Assembly: GCA_965227405.1 (NCBI GenBank)
Contig: OZ245758.1
Location: forward strand, 1,577,693-1,641,692
Source of the DNA: Polyangiales bacterium
GTDB lineage: Bacteria; Myxococcota_A; Polyangia; Polyangiales; Houyiibacteriaceae
DNA length: 64,000 nt
Direction: 5' to 3'
Position numbers and translations under genes: made by a program. Numbering within the stretch: the first letter of the stretch is position 1; each line of letters starts with the position of its first letter. Of this stretch, positions 19,557 to 28,565 are shown one piece after another. The notes under the pieces are model-generated. The model was not told where the DNA came from. It made no database searches and saw nothing but the letters and a program-made list of their open reading frames with translations.

Positions 19557-20438
19557 TCACTCTCGACGCTCTCGCTCCTTGTCCCAGCGCCCTTGAACGA
19601 TGCGACGGGTTCGATCGAGCCACACCACGTACTCGTTCTCATCATCGAGATGGTCGACCAAACGACTCAACGCACGGGTTTCGACAAACGAACGCTCCCA
19701 GTCCTCGGTCTGCAACGCATGGTGCAGGCGTAGCCGACGCGCAGCGTATTCCGCTTCCACGGTTTCTTGCAGTTCGGCTGCAAGAGCATCCATTTCGGCT
19801 GCCTTGTCGGTGTTGCTCGCGTCTCGGTAACACTGCGCGGCCTGCTTGTAGAGCATCACAGACCGAACGCCATCACGGAGGTCGTAATTGAGTCGGTCTC
19901 CGCGCGCGTGAGCACGAAACTCGGTTTGGACTGCACGTTCCGATGCCTCTTGCGAACCTTCGGGGCACGCTTGTGCCTGCTCTTCACCGAAGAGCGCAGG
20001 CGGCTCGATACCCTCGCCGGACGGAAGCCCTTCCGCCGAGCGCTTGGACAAAATCATCCAACCGCCACCGGCAACCGCAACCACCAACGCGATCAAAAGA
20101 ACCGGGCTGACGCCACCGTCTTTGTCGTCTTTCGACGCGCGCTTGTTGGTGACGCGAATGCGCAAGCGACCGATCGCAAACTCGCTGCCCCAGGGAACGA
20201 TGCCACTGGTGAAGGGCTTGCCCTTGAGCATGGTCGGTGTGAGCGCGCCCTGGGATGTACTGACCCAGCATCCTTCTTTGCCGCGTGGCGCGAGAAGAAG
20301 ATGTTCGAGCTCGAGTTCCCGTGCAGCGGGCACCGAGATCTGCGCGGAGCCGGACTTGCCCAGCGTGACCTGCGCACCCTCGATCGGAAACCGATCTTGG
20401 GTTCCATCTGGATTCACGATTTCGACAAATGCATCCAC
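19557..20438 (-). CDS. FHA-domain membrane protein
   Basis: N-terminal FHA-like region (VTLGKSGSAQISVP ... GKPFTSGIVPWGSEFAIGRLRIRV). TM helix VLLIALVVAVAGGGWMIL. C-terminal soluble domain. Confidence 0.6.
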   Translation of the reverse strand: MDAFVEIVNPDGTQDRFPIEGAQVTLGKSGSAQISVPAARELELEHLLLAPRGKEGCWVSTSQGALTPTMLKGKPFTSGIVPWGSEFAIGRLRIRVTNKRASKDDKDGGVSPVLLIALVVAVAGGGWMILSKRSAEGLPSGEGIEPPALFGEEQAQACPEGSQEASERAVQTEFRAHARGDRLNYDLRDGVRSVMLYKQAAQCYRDASNTDKAAEMDALAAELQETVEAEYAARRLRLHHALQTEDWERSFVETRALSRLVDHLDDENEYVVWLDRTRRIVQGRWDKERERRE

Positions 20439-20439
20439 G

Positions 20440-21342
20440 TCACAACCCCGTAGCCATCCACTTGACGACGAACGGCCCCAAGAGAAGGAGAATGATACAG
20501 ACGAACATCAACATGAGGGGACCCATCATCATGATGCCCGCCTTTGCGGCGTTTTCCTCTGCGCGAACACTGCGACGCATGCGCAGCATTCTCGCCTGAA
20601 TCATCAAGACCTCGGAAAGCGGCGTACCCTTGGCCTCGGCCTGAACAACCGTGTTCACGAAGTCTTTCACCGCATCGATCGGCACTCGCTCGGCAAACCC
20701 TTCGAGTGCTTTTCGACGGGTGTGACCGAGTTCGAGCTCCTGCAGAATGCGACCGAACTCTTCCTTGATGACCGCGTCCTTCGACGACGACTTGTCGACG
20801 ATCTGCTTCACGGCACCCGGGAAGTCCAAACCAGCACTCATGCAAAGTGCGGCAAGGTCGATCGAGGTCGGAAGCGATCGGTTGACCGACTTGAACCGCT
20901 CATTCGCCTCACCGGTCAGTCGCGACCAGGGGATGTACGCACCCATGAAGATCGCGACCATTACCAAGATGACCGGCAAGTCGAGCATGAACACGGCAAA
21001 GAAACCAAAGCCCATCATGCCGATGCCGCACATCAGGCTGAGTGCGATGAACTCGTTGGCGCTCAGCCCAAGCCAGTCACCCGCGTACGTGATTTGCTCC
21101 TGAACCGACTTGCGGAGCTTCGGCATCGGAACGCCTTCGAACCAACCTGCGACCAAGCGCATGGCCGGTTCCATGGTTGCAAAGAGACCGCCGGCTTCCA
21201 TCGCTCGACGACGCTTCAAACCACGAAGGCCCAGTTCGGGACGTTTCGCCGGCGGGTTGCGCCCGAGGATGAACGTAATGACAAAGAGACCGCCGGCGAC
21301 TAGCGCCAAGGCTCCAAATCCGAGTAGGCGAGTCGGGCTCAT
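20440..21342 (-). CDS. tadC: TadC-like pilus assembly inner-membrane platform protein (T2SS-F domain)
   Basis: T2SSF-type topology and size. Start chosen at MSPTRLLGFGALAL, whose ATG overlaps the tadB stop. The longer ORF in the track would overlap tadB by 115 nt. Confidence 0.7.
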   Translation of the reverse strand: MSPTRLLGFGALALVAGGLFVITFILGRNPPAKRPELGLRGLKRRRAMEAGGLFATMEPAMRLVAGWFEGVPMPKLRKSVQEQITYAGDWLGLSANEFIALSLMCGIGMMGFGFFAVFMLDLPVILVMVAIFMGAYIPWSRLTGEANERFKSVNRSLPTSIDLAALCMSAGLDFPGAVKQIVDKSSSKDAVIKEEFGRILQELELGHTRRKALEGFAERVPIDAVKDFVNTVVQAEAKGTPLSEVLMIQARMLRMRRSVRAEENAAKAGIMMMGPLMLMFVCIILLLLGPFVVKWMATGL

Positions 21343-22208
21343 CAGATGTCCACCGCGAGAATCTTTCGGGCCCAAACGATCGAGATGAACCACATGGTCA
21401 ACGCGATGCCCGTGATCGTGTAGCCGATAAAGCCGGATGCGAGCGGCTTGAGCCACTCCGGATCGATCAGGCTCAACACACCCGACATGACGAAGGGCAT
21501 GGCACCCAACACGACTGTCTGACCCTTACCTTCGGCGGTCTTGGTCTTCACGACGCCCTCGAGACGTGACATCTCGCGAAGCGTACCGGCCGAACTTTCC
21601 AACACCGCGGAGAGGTCACCACCGGTCTGACGCGCGATGACGATCGTGGCCAACGCACCTGCGATGGTCTGACTCTGCATGCGCTCGGCAGCGTTCAACA
21701 CGGCCTTATCCACCGGCGTACCGAGCTGGTTCTCCTTCACGAGGAGGTCGAGTTCCTCGCTCATCGGTGCCTGAACCAGCTGAACGGTGGACTTGATCGC
21801 CTCACCAATGGCGGGCGTTGCCTTCAGTGCGTTCGAAAGCATGAGCAACCAACCATCGAGCTGCGCTTCAAGCTGTTCGATGCGCTTGCCCTGCTCCGAC
21901 TCAAGCCACGCCCAAGGGATGAACGCGATACCCATCAACGCGATCAACAGCGCGGGGTGACCGGTCGCCGTAAACGCCAGACCACAAGCTGCAAGGGCGA
22001 GCGCCTGAGTGCGCGCGATCTCGGTGCCGCTCTTTTTGAGCAGCAGAAACTTCACGTACTTGTCGAGGAAGCGAACGTACTGGTCCCACTTGTCTTTGAC
22101 GGGACTGCTCGGCATCGCGAGCGCCATGTAGATCGCGCCGAATCCCCCGAGGCCCATCAGAGCGATGGCCAACCAACCCGAGAGCGGGCTTTGAAGAAAC
22201 GCGGTCAT
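21342..22208 (-). CDS. tadB: TadB-like pilus assembly inner-membrane platform protein (T2SS-F domain)
   Basis: 288 aa. N-terminal TM, cytoplasmic T2SSF domain, C-terminal TM pair. Located directly downstream of the ATPase. Confidence 0.7.
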   Translation of the reverse strand: MTAFLQSPLSGWLAIALMGLGGFGAIYMALAMPSSPVKDKWDQYVRFLDKYVKFLLLKKSGTEIARTQALALAACGLAFTATGHPALLIALMGIAFIPWAWLESEQGKRIEQLEAQLDGWLLMLSNALKATPAIGEAIKSTVQLVQAPMSEELDLLVKENQLGTPVDKAVLNAAERMQSQTIAGALATIVIARQTGGDLSAVLESSAGTLREMSRLEGVVKTKTAEGKGQTVVLGAMPFVMSGVLSLIDPEWLKPLASGFIGYTITGIALTMWFISIVWARKILAVDI

Positions 22209-23938
22209 AGATACTCCCCGTCGTCGACCAAACCGTAGGTGATGAACTCGTCCAAGAACGAGGGCAGGTAGCCGCTTGCGCGGAACTCACCCGTGATCGT
22301 CCCGTCGGACTCAGTACCGGTTCGGTGGTACAGAAAGATGTCGTTCAACACGAACTCGCCATCGTCGTTGAGGCCGTTGAGTTCGGTGATCGCGCTCACG
22401 CGACGCGAACCATCGGAGAAACGCGTCTGCTGCACGACCAAGTGAACACTGGTGGAGATCTGCTCGCGGATCGCGCGAGAAGGAAGATCGATACCGCTCA
22501 TGAGACACAGGGTCTCGATACGTTTCACAGCCTCTTCAGGACTGTTGGCGTGGGTCGTGGTCATCGAACCTTCGTGACCGGTGTTCATGGCCTGAAGCAT
22601 GTCGAGTGCCTCACCGCCGCGACACTCACCGACGACGATTCGGTCCGGACGCATACGCAACGCGTTCTTCACCAGGTCGCGAATCGAGTACTCACCGCGA
22701 CCCTCCATGTTCGGCGGGCGCGTTTCGAGCGACACAACGTGCGGCTGCTCAAGACGAAGCTCGGCAGCATCCTCGATCGTCACAATACGCTCGGCAGAGG
22801 GAATGGCGGAACTGAGCACGTTAAGCAGTGTGGTCTTACCCGAGCCGGTACCGCCACTGATGACGACGTTCTTTCGCACCTTCACGGCGCGAATCAGGAA
22901 CATCGCCATGCGTTCGTTCATCGATCCAAAGCCCACCAAGTCCTTGATGGTCAGGGGATTCTTCTGGAACTTACGAATCGTGATGCAGGCGCCGTTGATG
23001 GCCAGCGGCTTGATGATCGCGTTCACGCGCGAGCCATCTTTGAGGCGCGCATCGACGAGCGGAGTCGACTCATCGATACGTCGACCCAACGGCGTGACGA
23101 TACGTTCGATGACCGCGCGCGCCGACTCATCGTCGGTGAAGCGCAAATCGGTCGCCCAGATCTTGCCGCCCTTCTCGATGTAAATCTTGTAGGGGTGGAC
23201 GACCATGATCTCGCTGCAGTCGTCGTCGGCGAGCAAGCGCTCGAGCGGTCCAAGACCCAAGGCCTCATCCGCCATTTCACGCTTGAACGCGTCCTGATCG
23301 GCCTGCGGCGGAATGTCGTGCTGCAGCTGCTGGAAGATGCGGTGCAAGGCCTGCATGACCTTGGGACGCATCGTGACGTCGTCCATCGCGCCGCGATCGA
23401 GACTCGCGAGGTCCAAGTGGTCGAGCAACATGCGGTGCACGCGACGACGCAACTCGACGCTAATGTCCGAGGTGCCACCTGCGATCTTCAGGAAGCGCTC
23501 GTCCTTGCCCGACGTGGTGCTGTCGAGATCGACTTTGCGCGAACTGGAACTCTGTGGCTTTTGCTGCTGCGCTTGCTGTGGCGGTTTGGGAACCGTCGTT
23601 GCAACCGGTTGTGAACGCGGCGGAGGCGGAGGCTCGCCAATCCGTCGCAGACGAACCAGGTAGGGTCCGATCCGCAACGGAATGTTTGGCGGCGTGTCCA
23701 CCTTGCTGCGCTTGACGCGTTGACTGCCCATCAACGTGCCGTTGGCAGACTGATCGGTGAGTTTGAAGCCCCGTGAAGACGGCTCGACGATCAGGTGTCG
23801 ACGGCTGACTTCGGGGGATGGGAGGACGACATGACAGCTTGGATCCCGCCCGATCACGACGGGACCGTCCGCTTGGATCGGTAGTTCTTCAACCGACCCG
23901 TCGGGCATCTCGATGGAAAGGAGAACGCCGGCTGTCAT
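22205..23938 (-). CDS. cpaF: FHA-domain / CpaF(TadA)-family secretion ATPase fusion
   Basis: 577 aa. N-terminal FHA (VVIGRDPSCHVVLPSPEVSRRHLIVE...FKLTDQSANGTLMG). Pro/Gln-rich linker. Complete CpaF core with Walker A VVISGGTGSGKTTLLN. Confidence 0.85.
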   Translation of the reverse strand: MTAGVLLSIEMPDGSVEELPIQADGPVVIGRDPSCHVVLPSPEVSRRHLIVEPSSRGFKLTDQSANGTLMGSQRVKRSKVDTPPNIPLRIGPYLVRLRRIGEPPPPPRSQPVATTVPKPPQQAQQQKPQSSSSRKVDLDSTTSGKDERFLKIAGGTSDISVELRRRVHRMLLDHLDLASLDRGAMDDVTMRPKVMQALHRIFQQLQHDIPPQADQDAFKREMADEALGLGPLERLLADDDCSEIMVVHPYKIYIEKGGKIWATDLRFTDDESARAVIERIVTPLGRRIDESTPLVDARLKDGSRVNAIIKPLAINGACITIRKFQKNPLTIKDLVGFGSMNERMAMFLIRAVKVRKNVVISGGTGSGKTTLLNVLSSAIPSAERIVTIEDAAELRLEQPHVVSLETRPPNMEGRGEYSIRDLVKNALRMRPDRIVVGECRGGEALDMLQAMNTGHEGSMTTTHANSPEEAVKRIETLCLMSGIDLPSRAIREQISTSVHLVVQQTRFSDGSRRVSAITELNGLNDDGEFVLNDIFLYHRTGTESDGTITGEFRASGYLPSFLDEFITYGLVDDGEYL

Positions 23939-23949
23939 GTCCCTTCGTC

Positions 23950-25113
23950 TCAGTCCTCGTCGGAGGACTCGTCCTCTGCGGTGTTGGTTCGAAGTCGCGC
24001 ACCGGGCGGTCGCGGCTGCTCCACAAGCTCAACCTCGGCAACGCCGCCGCGGAAGTCCTCGTAGATACGAATCGCTTCCTGGATTCGGTTGCGTTGTTGA
24101 AGCGGAATGCCCTGCACGATCGTGGGAATGATGAAGAGCAAGGTCTCGCTCTCTTCCCAACGACGCGAGTGCGATCCGAAGAGTGCACCCAGCACAGGAA
24201 TCTGGCTCAGGCCCGGGAAGCCATCGCGGCTGCGCTGACCCGAACGCGCGATCACGCCACCGAGCACGACCGACTGACCAAGCTCCATGTTGACCAAGGT
24301 GGACAACGTCGAAACGTTACGACCGGGAACACCGGAACCACCGTCATCGGTCAGGTCCGAGACGTCTGCGTTGATCTGGATCTCGAGACGACCACTCTCC
24401 GGATCGTAACGAGGTGTGCAGGTGAGGATTGTGCCGAACTCGATGGTTTCGATCGAACCACCCACGTTGCCCGGAACGAGGAAGTTCACCTCGCCGCCGA
24501 CGTTCACCTGAGCTTGCTGACCGTTGACGGCCACAACGCTCGCCTGACGATAAATGCGCGACCATCCGTTGGACTGCGCGATATCCAAGCGCGGAAGAAT
24601 CGATGAGCTGGTCAGGTTGATGCTGGTCTGCGCACCACCCTCACCTTGAACCCACTGGGTGTTGATGGCCGCAATACTCTGCTGCTGTCCACCGCCACCG
24701 ATCGAGTCGGGGAACCGGATACCAATCGCATGCGAGTACCGATCGACGAGCTGCACAAAGTAGAGGTCGAGACGAATCGTCTCTTTCTCTTCGATCCGCC
24801 CCTCCGGGACTTCCTCGGTCCCGCCCGGCACGGTGATGCGGTACTGCACCTGCGAGCCATCGCGCATGATCATCAGCAGCGATGTGCGACCGGGCTGAAC
24901 GCCGACCAGGATGAAACGGCTCTGATCAGAGGTGAGGCGAACATCGACGATGCCGCGCGTGCCTTCCGAGTAGCTGCGCACACCTTCGGCGGAAATGGAT
25001 GTCTGTTCGCCAACCTCGACCGTAATTTCGCGCTCGCGCTGCGCATGTACGGTCGCGGTTGCTGCCACGAGCGCCACACAACAAGCGGCTCGAATTAGGG
25101 TTCTGTGACTCAT
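23950..25113 (-). CDS. cpaC: CpaC/RcpA-type secretin
   Basis: Signal peptide. N-terminal pilus-formation domain (ITVEVGEQTSISAEGVRSYSEGTRGIVDVRL...). C-terminal secretin domain (VVLGGVIARSGQRSRDGFPGLSQIPVLGALFGS). Confidence 0.85.
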   Translation of the reverse strand: MSHRTLIRAACCVALVAATATVHAQREREITVEVGEQTSISAEGVRSYSEGTRGIVDVRLTSDQSRFILVGVQPGRTSLLMIMRDGSQVQYRITVPGGTEEVPEGRIEEKETIRLDLYFVQLVDRYSHAIGIRFPDSIGGGGQQQSIAAINTQWVQGEGGAQTSINLTSSSILPRLDIAQSNGWSRIYRQASVVAVNGQQAQVNVGGEVNFLVPGNVGGSIETIEFGTILTCTPRYDPESGRLEIQINADVSDLTDDGGSGVPGRNVSTLSTLVNMELGQSVVLGGVIARSGQRSRDGFPGLSQIPVLGALFGSHSRRWEESETLLFIIPTIVQGIPLQQRNRIQEAIRIYEDFRGGVAEVELVEQPRPPGARLRTNTAEDESSDED

Positions 25114-25907
25114 CGGTTTCCTCGAATCTCCTCGATCATGAAAGCTCTGGGACGCGAACGCTGCGCCATCGCCAGTTTCAGAGGCTCGATCAAATCCTCA
25201 TCGGTGGTCTCGGGAACGTCTTGAATGATCTGCATGTCGTCGCCGTTGCGAAGAAGCAGACTGAGATCTCCACGATCACGTCCATGCGTGATCATCGTCG
25301 CTTGCTCGATCGTCACCGCGACACTGACATCGACACCACGCGTGACTGCGCGATCGCTCGACTCGTCTTCGGCTTCGTCGGGTGCGCCGGTGTCGAGACC
25401 CACGGCCAGGACCAGCACGTTTTGAAGAAGCGGAACCGTGACGCGCGAAACGGAGCGCGGTCGGTTTCCGGTGAGCAAGATGTCGACGCGGTTGCCCGGA
25501 CGAAGCAAGCCACCAAACGACGCGGCATCGGACACGCGGATCGTCATCGCGCGCATGCCTTGACGAAGAAGCGCACTCAGATCGCGACGTGAGCCTGCGT
25601 TGGTGCTCAGATCGGTCCAGAACAGAGACTCGTCCGAGTTGATTCGGTTCAGGACGCGAACACCGAGAATGCGCTCGCGATCGGTGGACAGAATGTGGCG
25701 GTCTTCAATGTGCGCCTGAGGAAGCGAGGTTGTGCCCAGCTCCTCGATCGTGATCGGTTCGCCGACCTCGATGTCTGCCGTCGCACGCAGAACGTCGATG
25801 CGATCACCACCGGCCGCTTCCACGGAGAATCGCTTTGTGTAGAGCACAAAGAGAGCGATTCCCGCGATCACGACGATCGTTGCAGCTAGGAGTGCTGTCC
25901 GGTTCAT
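25110..25907 (-). CDS. cpaB: CpaB/RcpC-type Flp pilus assembly protein (SAF domain)
   Basis: N-terminal TM LLAATIVVIAGIALFVL. SAF-like segment LRATADIEVGEPITIEEL. Typical size and gene position upstream of cpaC. Confidence 0.8.
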   Translation of the reverse strand: MNRTALLAATIVVIAGIALFVLYTKRFSVEAAGGDRIDVLRATADIEVGEPITIEELGTTSLPQAHIEDRHILSTDRERILGVRVLNRINSDESLFWTDLSTNAGSRRDLSALLRQGMRAMTIRVSDAASFGGLLRPGNRVDILLTGNRPRSVSRVTVPLLQNVLVLAVGLDTGAPDEAEDESSDRAVTRGVDVSVAVTIEQATMITHGRDRGDLSLLLRNGDDMQIIQDVPETTDEDLIEPLKLAMAQRSRPRAFMIEEIRGNR

Positions 25908-26023
25908 CCTTCAGGCCCAAGCACAAGCAGGGTGCGGACGCTGACCATACCGCACCCGGGGGCTCAGTTCATCAACAGGTTTGTCGATGTCCGCTGAAAA
26001 TGACCTGGATTTGGAGTGTCGGC

Positions 26024-26590
26024 CTACACCAAGGGGATGACGTGTCGGTGAACAATCACCGCGATACACCCGACCAGAAATGCAGGCCCAATCCGAATCC
26101 GCGAGAGACTTTCGCGTTTGATCTTGCGCTTTCGGGCCTTCGGGAGAAACGGGTTGGTCAGGATGATTCCAACATTCTTGAAGGTTTGAAGCAGCTTCCC
26201 CTCGATCGCGAGTTTGCCGATCCCAAAGATCCCCACGGCAAAGAGCGTGGCGATTCCGACTTCGAGACCGATCTTCAGACCCACGATTCCACCGACGGCT
26301 GCGAGGAGCTTGACGTCTCCGCCTCCTCCGGCTCGCAGTTCTTGGCCGGGTGTCGGAATTCGAGCCTTAAATAGCAGAAACGGCACCAGCCCACACCCGA
26401 CGATGCCGAGTATTGAGGCGAGTGCCGCTTCTACGCCGCCCAACAAACCGTGGGCGATTGGCGCCGCAATCAAGGGTGGGAAGGTCAGCCAGTTTCGAAT
26501 CTTGCCCGTCCGGTAGTCCGTGATTGCAGCAACGAGACAAATGCTCGTGGCAATCGCGAGACCGACAAGATCCGGCCGGAGCTGAGGCAT
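26024..26590 (-). CDS. cpaA: A24-family prepilin peptidase (CpaA/TadV)
   Basis: 188 aa polytopic protein. Conserved Asp sites ITDYRTGKIRN and GGGDVKLLAAVG are typical of TadV/CpaA. Confidence 0.8.
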   Translation of the reverse strand: MPQLRPDLVGLAIATSICLVAAITDYRTGKIRNWLTFPPLIAAPIAHGLLGGVEAALASILGIVGCGLVPFLLFKARIPTPGQELRAGGGGDVKLLAAVGGIVGLKIGLEVGIATLFAVGIFGIGKLAIEGKLLQTFKNVGIILTNPFLPKARKRKIKRESLSRIRIGPAFLVGCIAVIVHRHVIPLV

Positions 26591-26616
26591 CCCACCCCAG
26601 GCGGGGCCAGGCTAGG

Positions 26617-26838
26617 TCAGGGCAGGCCGTTGATGGCGGCGGTCGACTGGTCCGCCTTACCGGTCACGGCGTTACCGAAGTTCTGCCATGCAACGATCGC
26701 GATAATCGCAATCAAAATCAGGATGATGACGTACTCAACCGTCGAAAGTCCCTCTTCGTCTTGAAGAAGCGCCTTGTTCTCGAGATCGATCATGGGTTCA
26801 ACCCTCTCCTTTGGTACCGAGCTATGCCGGACGTTCAA
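26617..26838 (-). CDS. flp: Flp-family pilin precursor
   Basis: 73 aa. Flp processing motif G/LSTVEYVIILILIAIIAIVAW (G-XXXXEY followed by a hydrophobic segment). Strong RBS AAGGAGAG 7 nt upstream of the ATG at 26838. Confidence 0.85.
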   Translation of the reverse strand: MNVRHSSVPKERVEPMIDLENKALLQDEEGLSTVEYVIILILIAIIAIVAWQNFGNAVTGKADQSTAAINGLP

Positions 26839-26847
26839 TGCCTAACA

Positions 26848-26900
26848 CCCAGGCTCACTTGTTGTACGGGGTACGTGCAGGGCTTGTCAAGCCATATTGT
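26848..26900 (-). promoter_or_regulatory. Candidate promoter region for the flp/Tad-like operon
   Basis: TTGACA hexamer on the minus strand at 26890-26885, with a weak -10-like GTACAA/TACAAC about 17 nt downstream. This is the AT-richer leader of the pilin gene. No other signal seen. Confidence 0.25.
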
Positions 26901-27176
26901 AACCGGACAGTGTGACTGAAGTGTTGTTGTCGTTGCCCACTCATACTGCAATGCAGGTGCCATGATCCAGCCCCACTGCTTTTTTCTTTTCAAGCGGTCA
27001 GAATCATTGGGCAAATCCTGAAATTACCTCGATTGAGTGATCTGACTGTGGTGGGCGTATCTGCCCCGGTGGGGTGTAAAATTCCGTCGATCGTGGAAAT
27101 TCACGAAGGATCTTGGGCGGGCGACCTTGTCCCCACTGGGAACGGATGGCCCCACGACTCAAATAATCCTTTGATT

Positions 27177-28556
27177 TCAGAATCTTACGGTCACGGGTCG
27201 GGCGGTATCGACGCCCCCACCTGCGCCGCCGAGGTAGATTCCTTGTCCCCAGCACTGCACGGCGTTGTCCACGATCGCACAAGAATGGCTGCGACCCGCG
27301 ACCACAAAGCTCGCTCCGCTGTCGATCACGCTTCGCGGAGACAGGACCATCAGGCCTGCTGCAACGCCGGCCTGGAAGAACTCGTTCCCGCCCCAACAGG
27401 CGACCTGGCCACCGGTGAGCAACGCGCAGTTGTGAAAACCGCCTGAAGAGATCTGCGTGGCTGTGGGTTCAGGCTCACCCTCTTCCACCAGCGAAGCGAA
27501 CGAGACTCGGGTTGGACGCAGCTGTCCCACTGTGCCGCCGTTTCCGATCTGTCCGAGGTCGCCGCGACCCCAGCACCAGACCTCGCCGTCGAGATCGAGC
27601 GCACATGTGTGAAAACCACCAGCCACGAGCTGAATCGGATCTTCAAGACTCGGTTCACCATCGGGGCGCGAGAGGTTCGCGGTGACGGGAGTGGAGCTGT
27701 TGTTGTTGGTGCCATCGCCGAGCTGGCCTTCGCTTCCAACGCCCCAGCAACGGATCGCTTTGCTTCCCGTTTCTTCGTTGGCGGTGGCCACACACGTGTG
27801 CGCCGAACCCGTGGTGAGCAAGTACGCGCCCGTCACGCCACCGACGAATACCGGAGAGCTCTGGTTCATCAACGAACCGACACCAAGCTGGCCATCTTCT
27901 CCGTAGCCCCAGCAGTACACACTGCCGTCTTCCCCGAGCCCACAGGTGAATGCGCGTCCACCACCAAAACGGCTCACCGCCAAATCGGTCAGTCGCCGCG
28001 GCGTGATGATTTGCGTCAGATCGACCACCGCATCTTCGGTTCCGTTGCCCACCTGCCCGTTTTCGTTGTTGCCCAAACAAAAGAGCTGACCATCAGCCAG
28101 GTTGCAGAGTGGATCGCCCAAGAACACGCGACCTCGAAGAGTTCGGCCAAGATTGAGCGGCTGCGGCACACCTTCGACAATCCAACACGTGGGTCGAATC
28201 ACCGGATCGAGTTCACCGTCGTCGACTCCGCCTGCATCCGGTCCGCCCGCGTCCGGTGCACCTGCGTCGGGCATTCCAACGTCGGGCATTCCAACGTCGG
28301 GCATTCCGCTGTCGGGCATTCCTGCATCCATGTCGACGCCGGAGTCGTCCATCCCTGCGTCGTCCGTGCCTGCATCCGTGCCTGCATCGGTTCCGGCATC
28401 GGTGGCTCCTGCATCAGGAGCGCTCGCGCCCACCGTTTGGATCGCACACGTGAAGATGTCCCCGGTTTCGACCGCGGTGAGCACCCGCGGTTGTTCTTCT
28501 TCATCCGTTCCACCGCACGCCACAGCAAGACACGCAAGCAAGACCACAAGTCGCAT
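27177..28556 (-). CDS. RCC1-repeat (beta-propeller) lipoprotein with an N-terminal (M/A)PD(V/A)G pentapeptide repeat tract
   Basis: Lipobox MRLVVLLACLAVACGG. Repeated ...C(W)G.N..GQLG.G... RCC1 blades, e.g. AIRCWGVGSEGQLGDGT. Confidence 0.75.
   Translation of the reverse strand: MRLVVLLACLAVACGGTDEEEQPRVLTAVETGDIFTCAIQTVGASAPDAGATDAGTDAGTDAGTDDAGMDDSGVDMDAGMPDSGMPDVGMPDVGMPDAGAPDAGGPDAGGVDDGELDPVIRPTCWIVEGVPQPLNLGRTLRGRVFLGDPLCNLADGQLFCLGNNENGQVGNGTEDAVVDLTQIITPRRLTDLAVSRFGGGRAFTCGLGEDGSVYCWGYGEDGQLGVGSLMNQSSPVFVGGVTGAYLLTTGSAHTCVATANEETGSKAIRCWGVGSEGQLGDGTNNNSSTPVTANLSRPDGEPSLEDPIQLVAGGFHTCALDLDGEVWCWGRGDLGQIGNGGTVGQLRPTRVSFASLVEEGEPEPTATQISSGGFHNCALLTGGQVACWGGNEFFQAGVAAGLMVLSPRSVIDSGASFVVAGRSHSCAIVDNAVQCWGQGIYLGGAGGGVDTARPVTVRF
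28236..28325. repeat. In-frame 15-bp tandem repeat (about 6 units, two of them identical) encoding the (M/A)PD(V/A)G tract of the RCC1 lipoprotein
   Basis: Units gtcgggcattccaac x2, gtcgggcattccgct, gtcgggcattcctgc, with degenerate units upstream (gtccggtgcacctgc ...). Confidence 0.7.
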
Positions 28557-28565
28557 GCGCTGATC

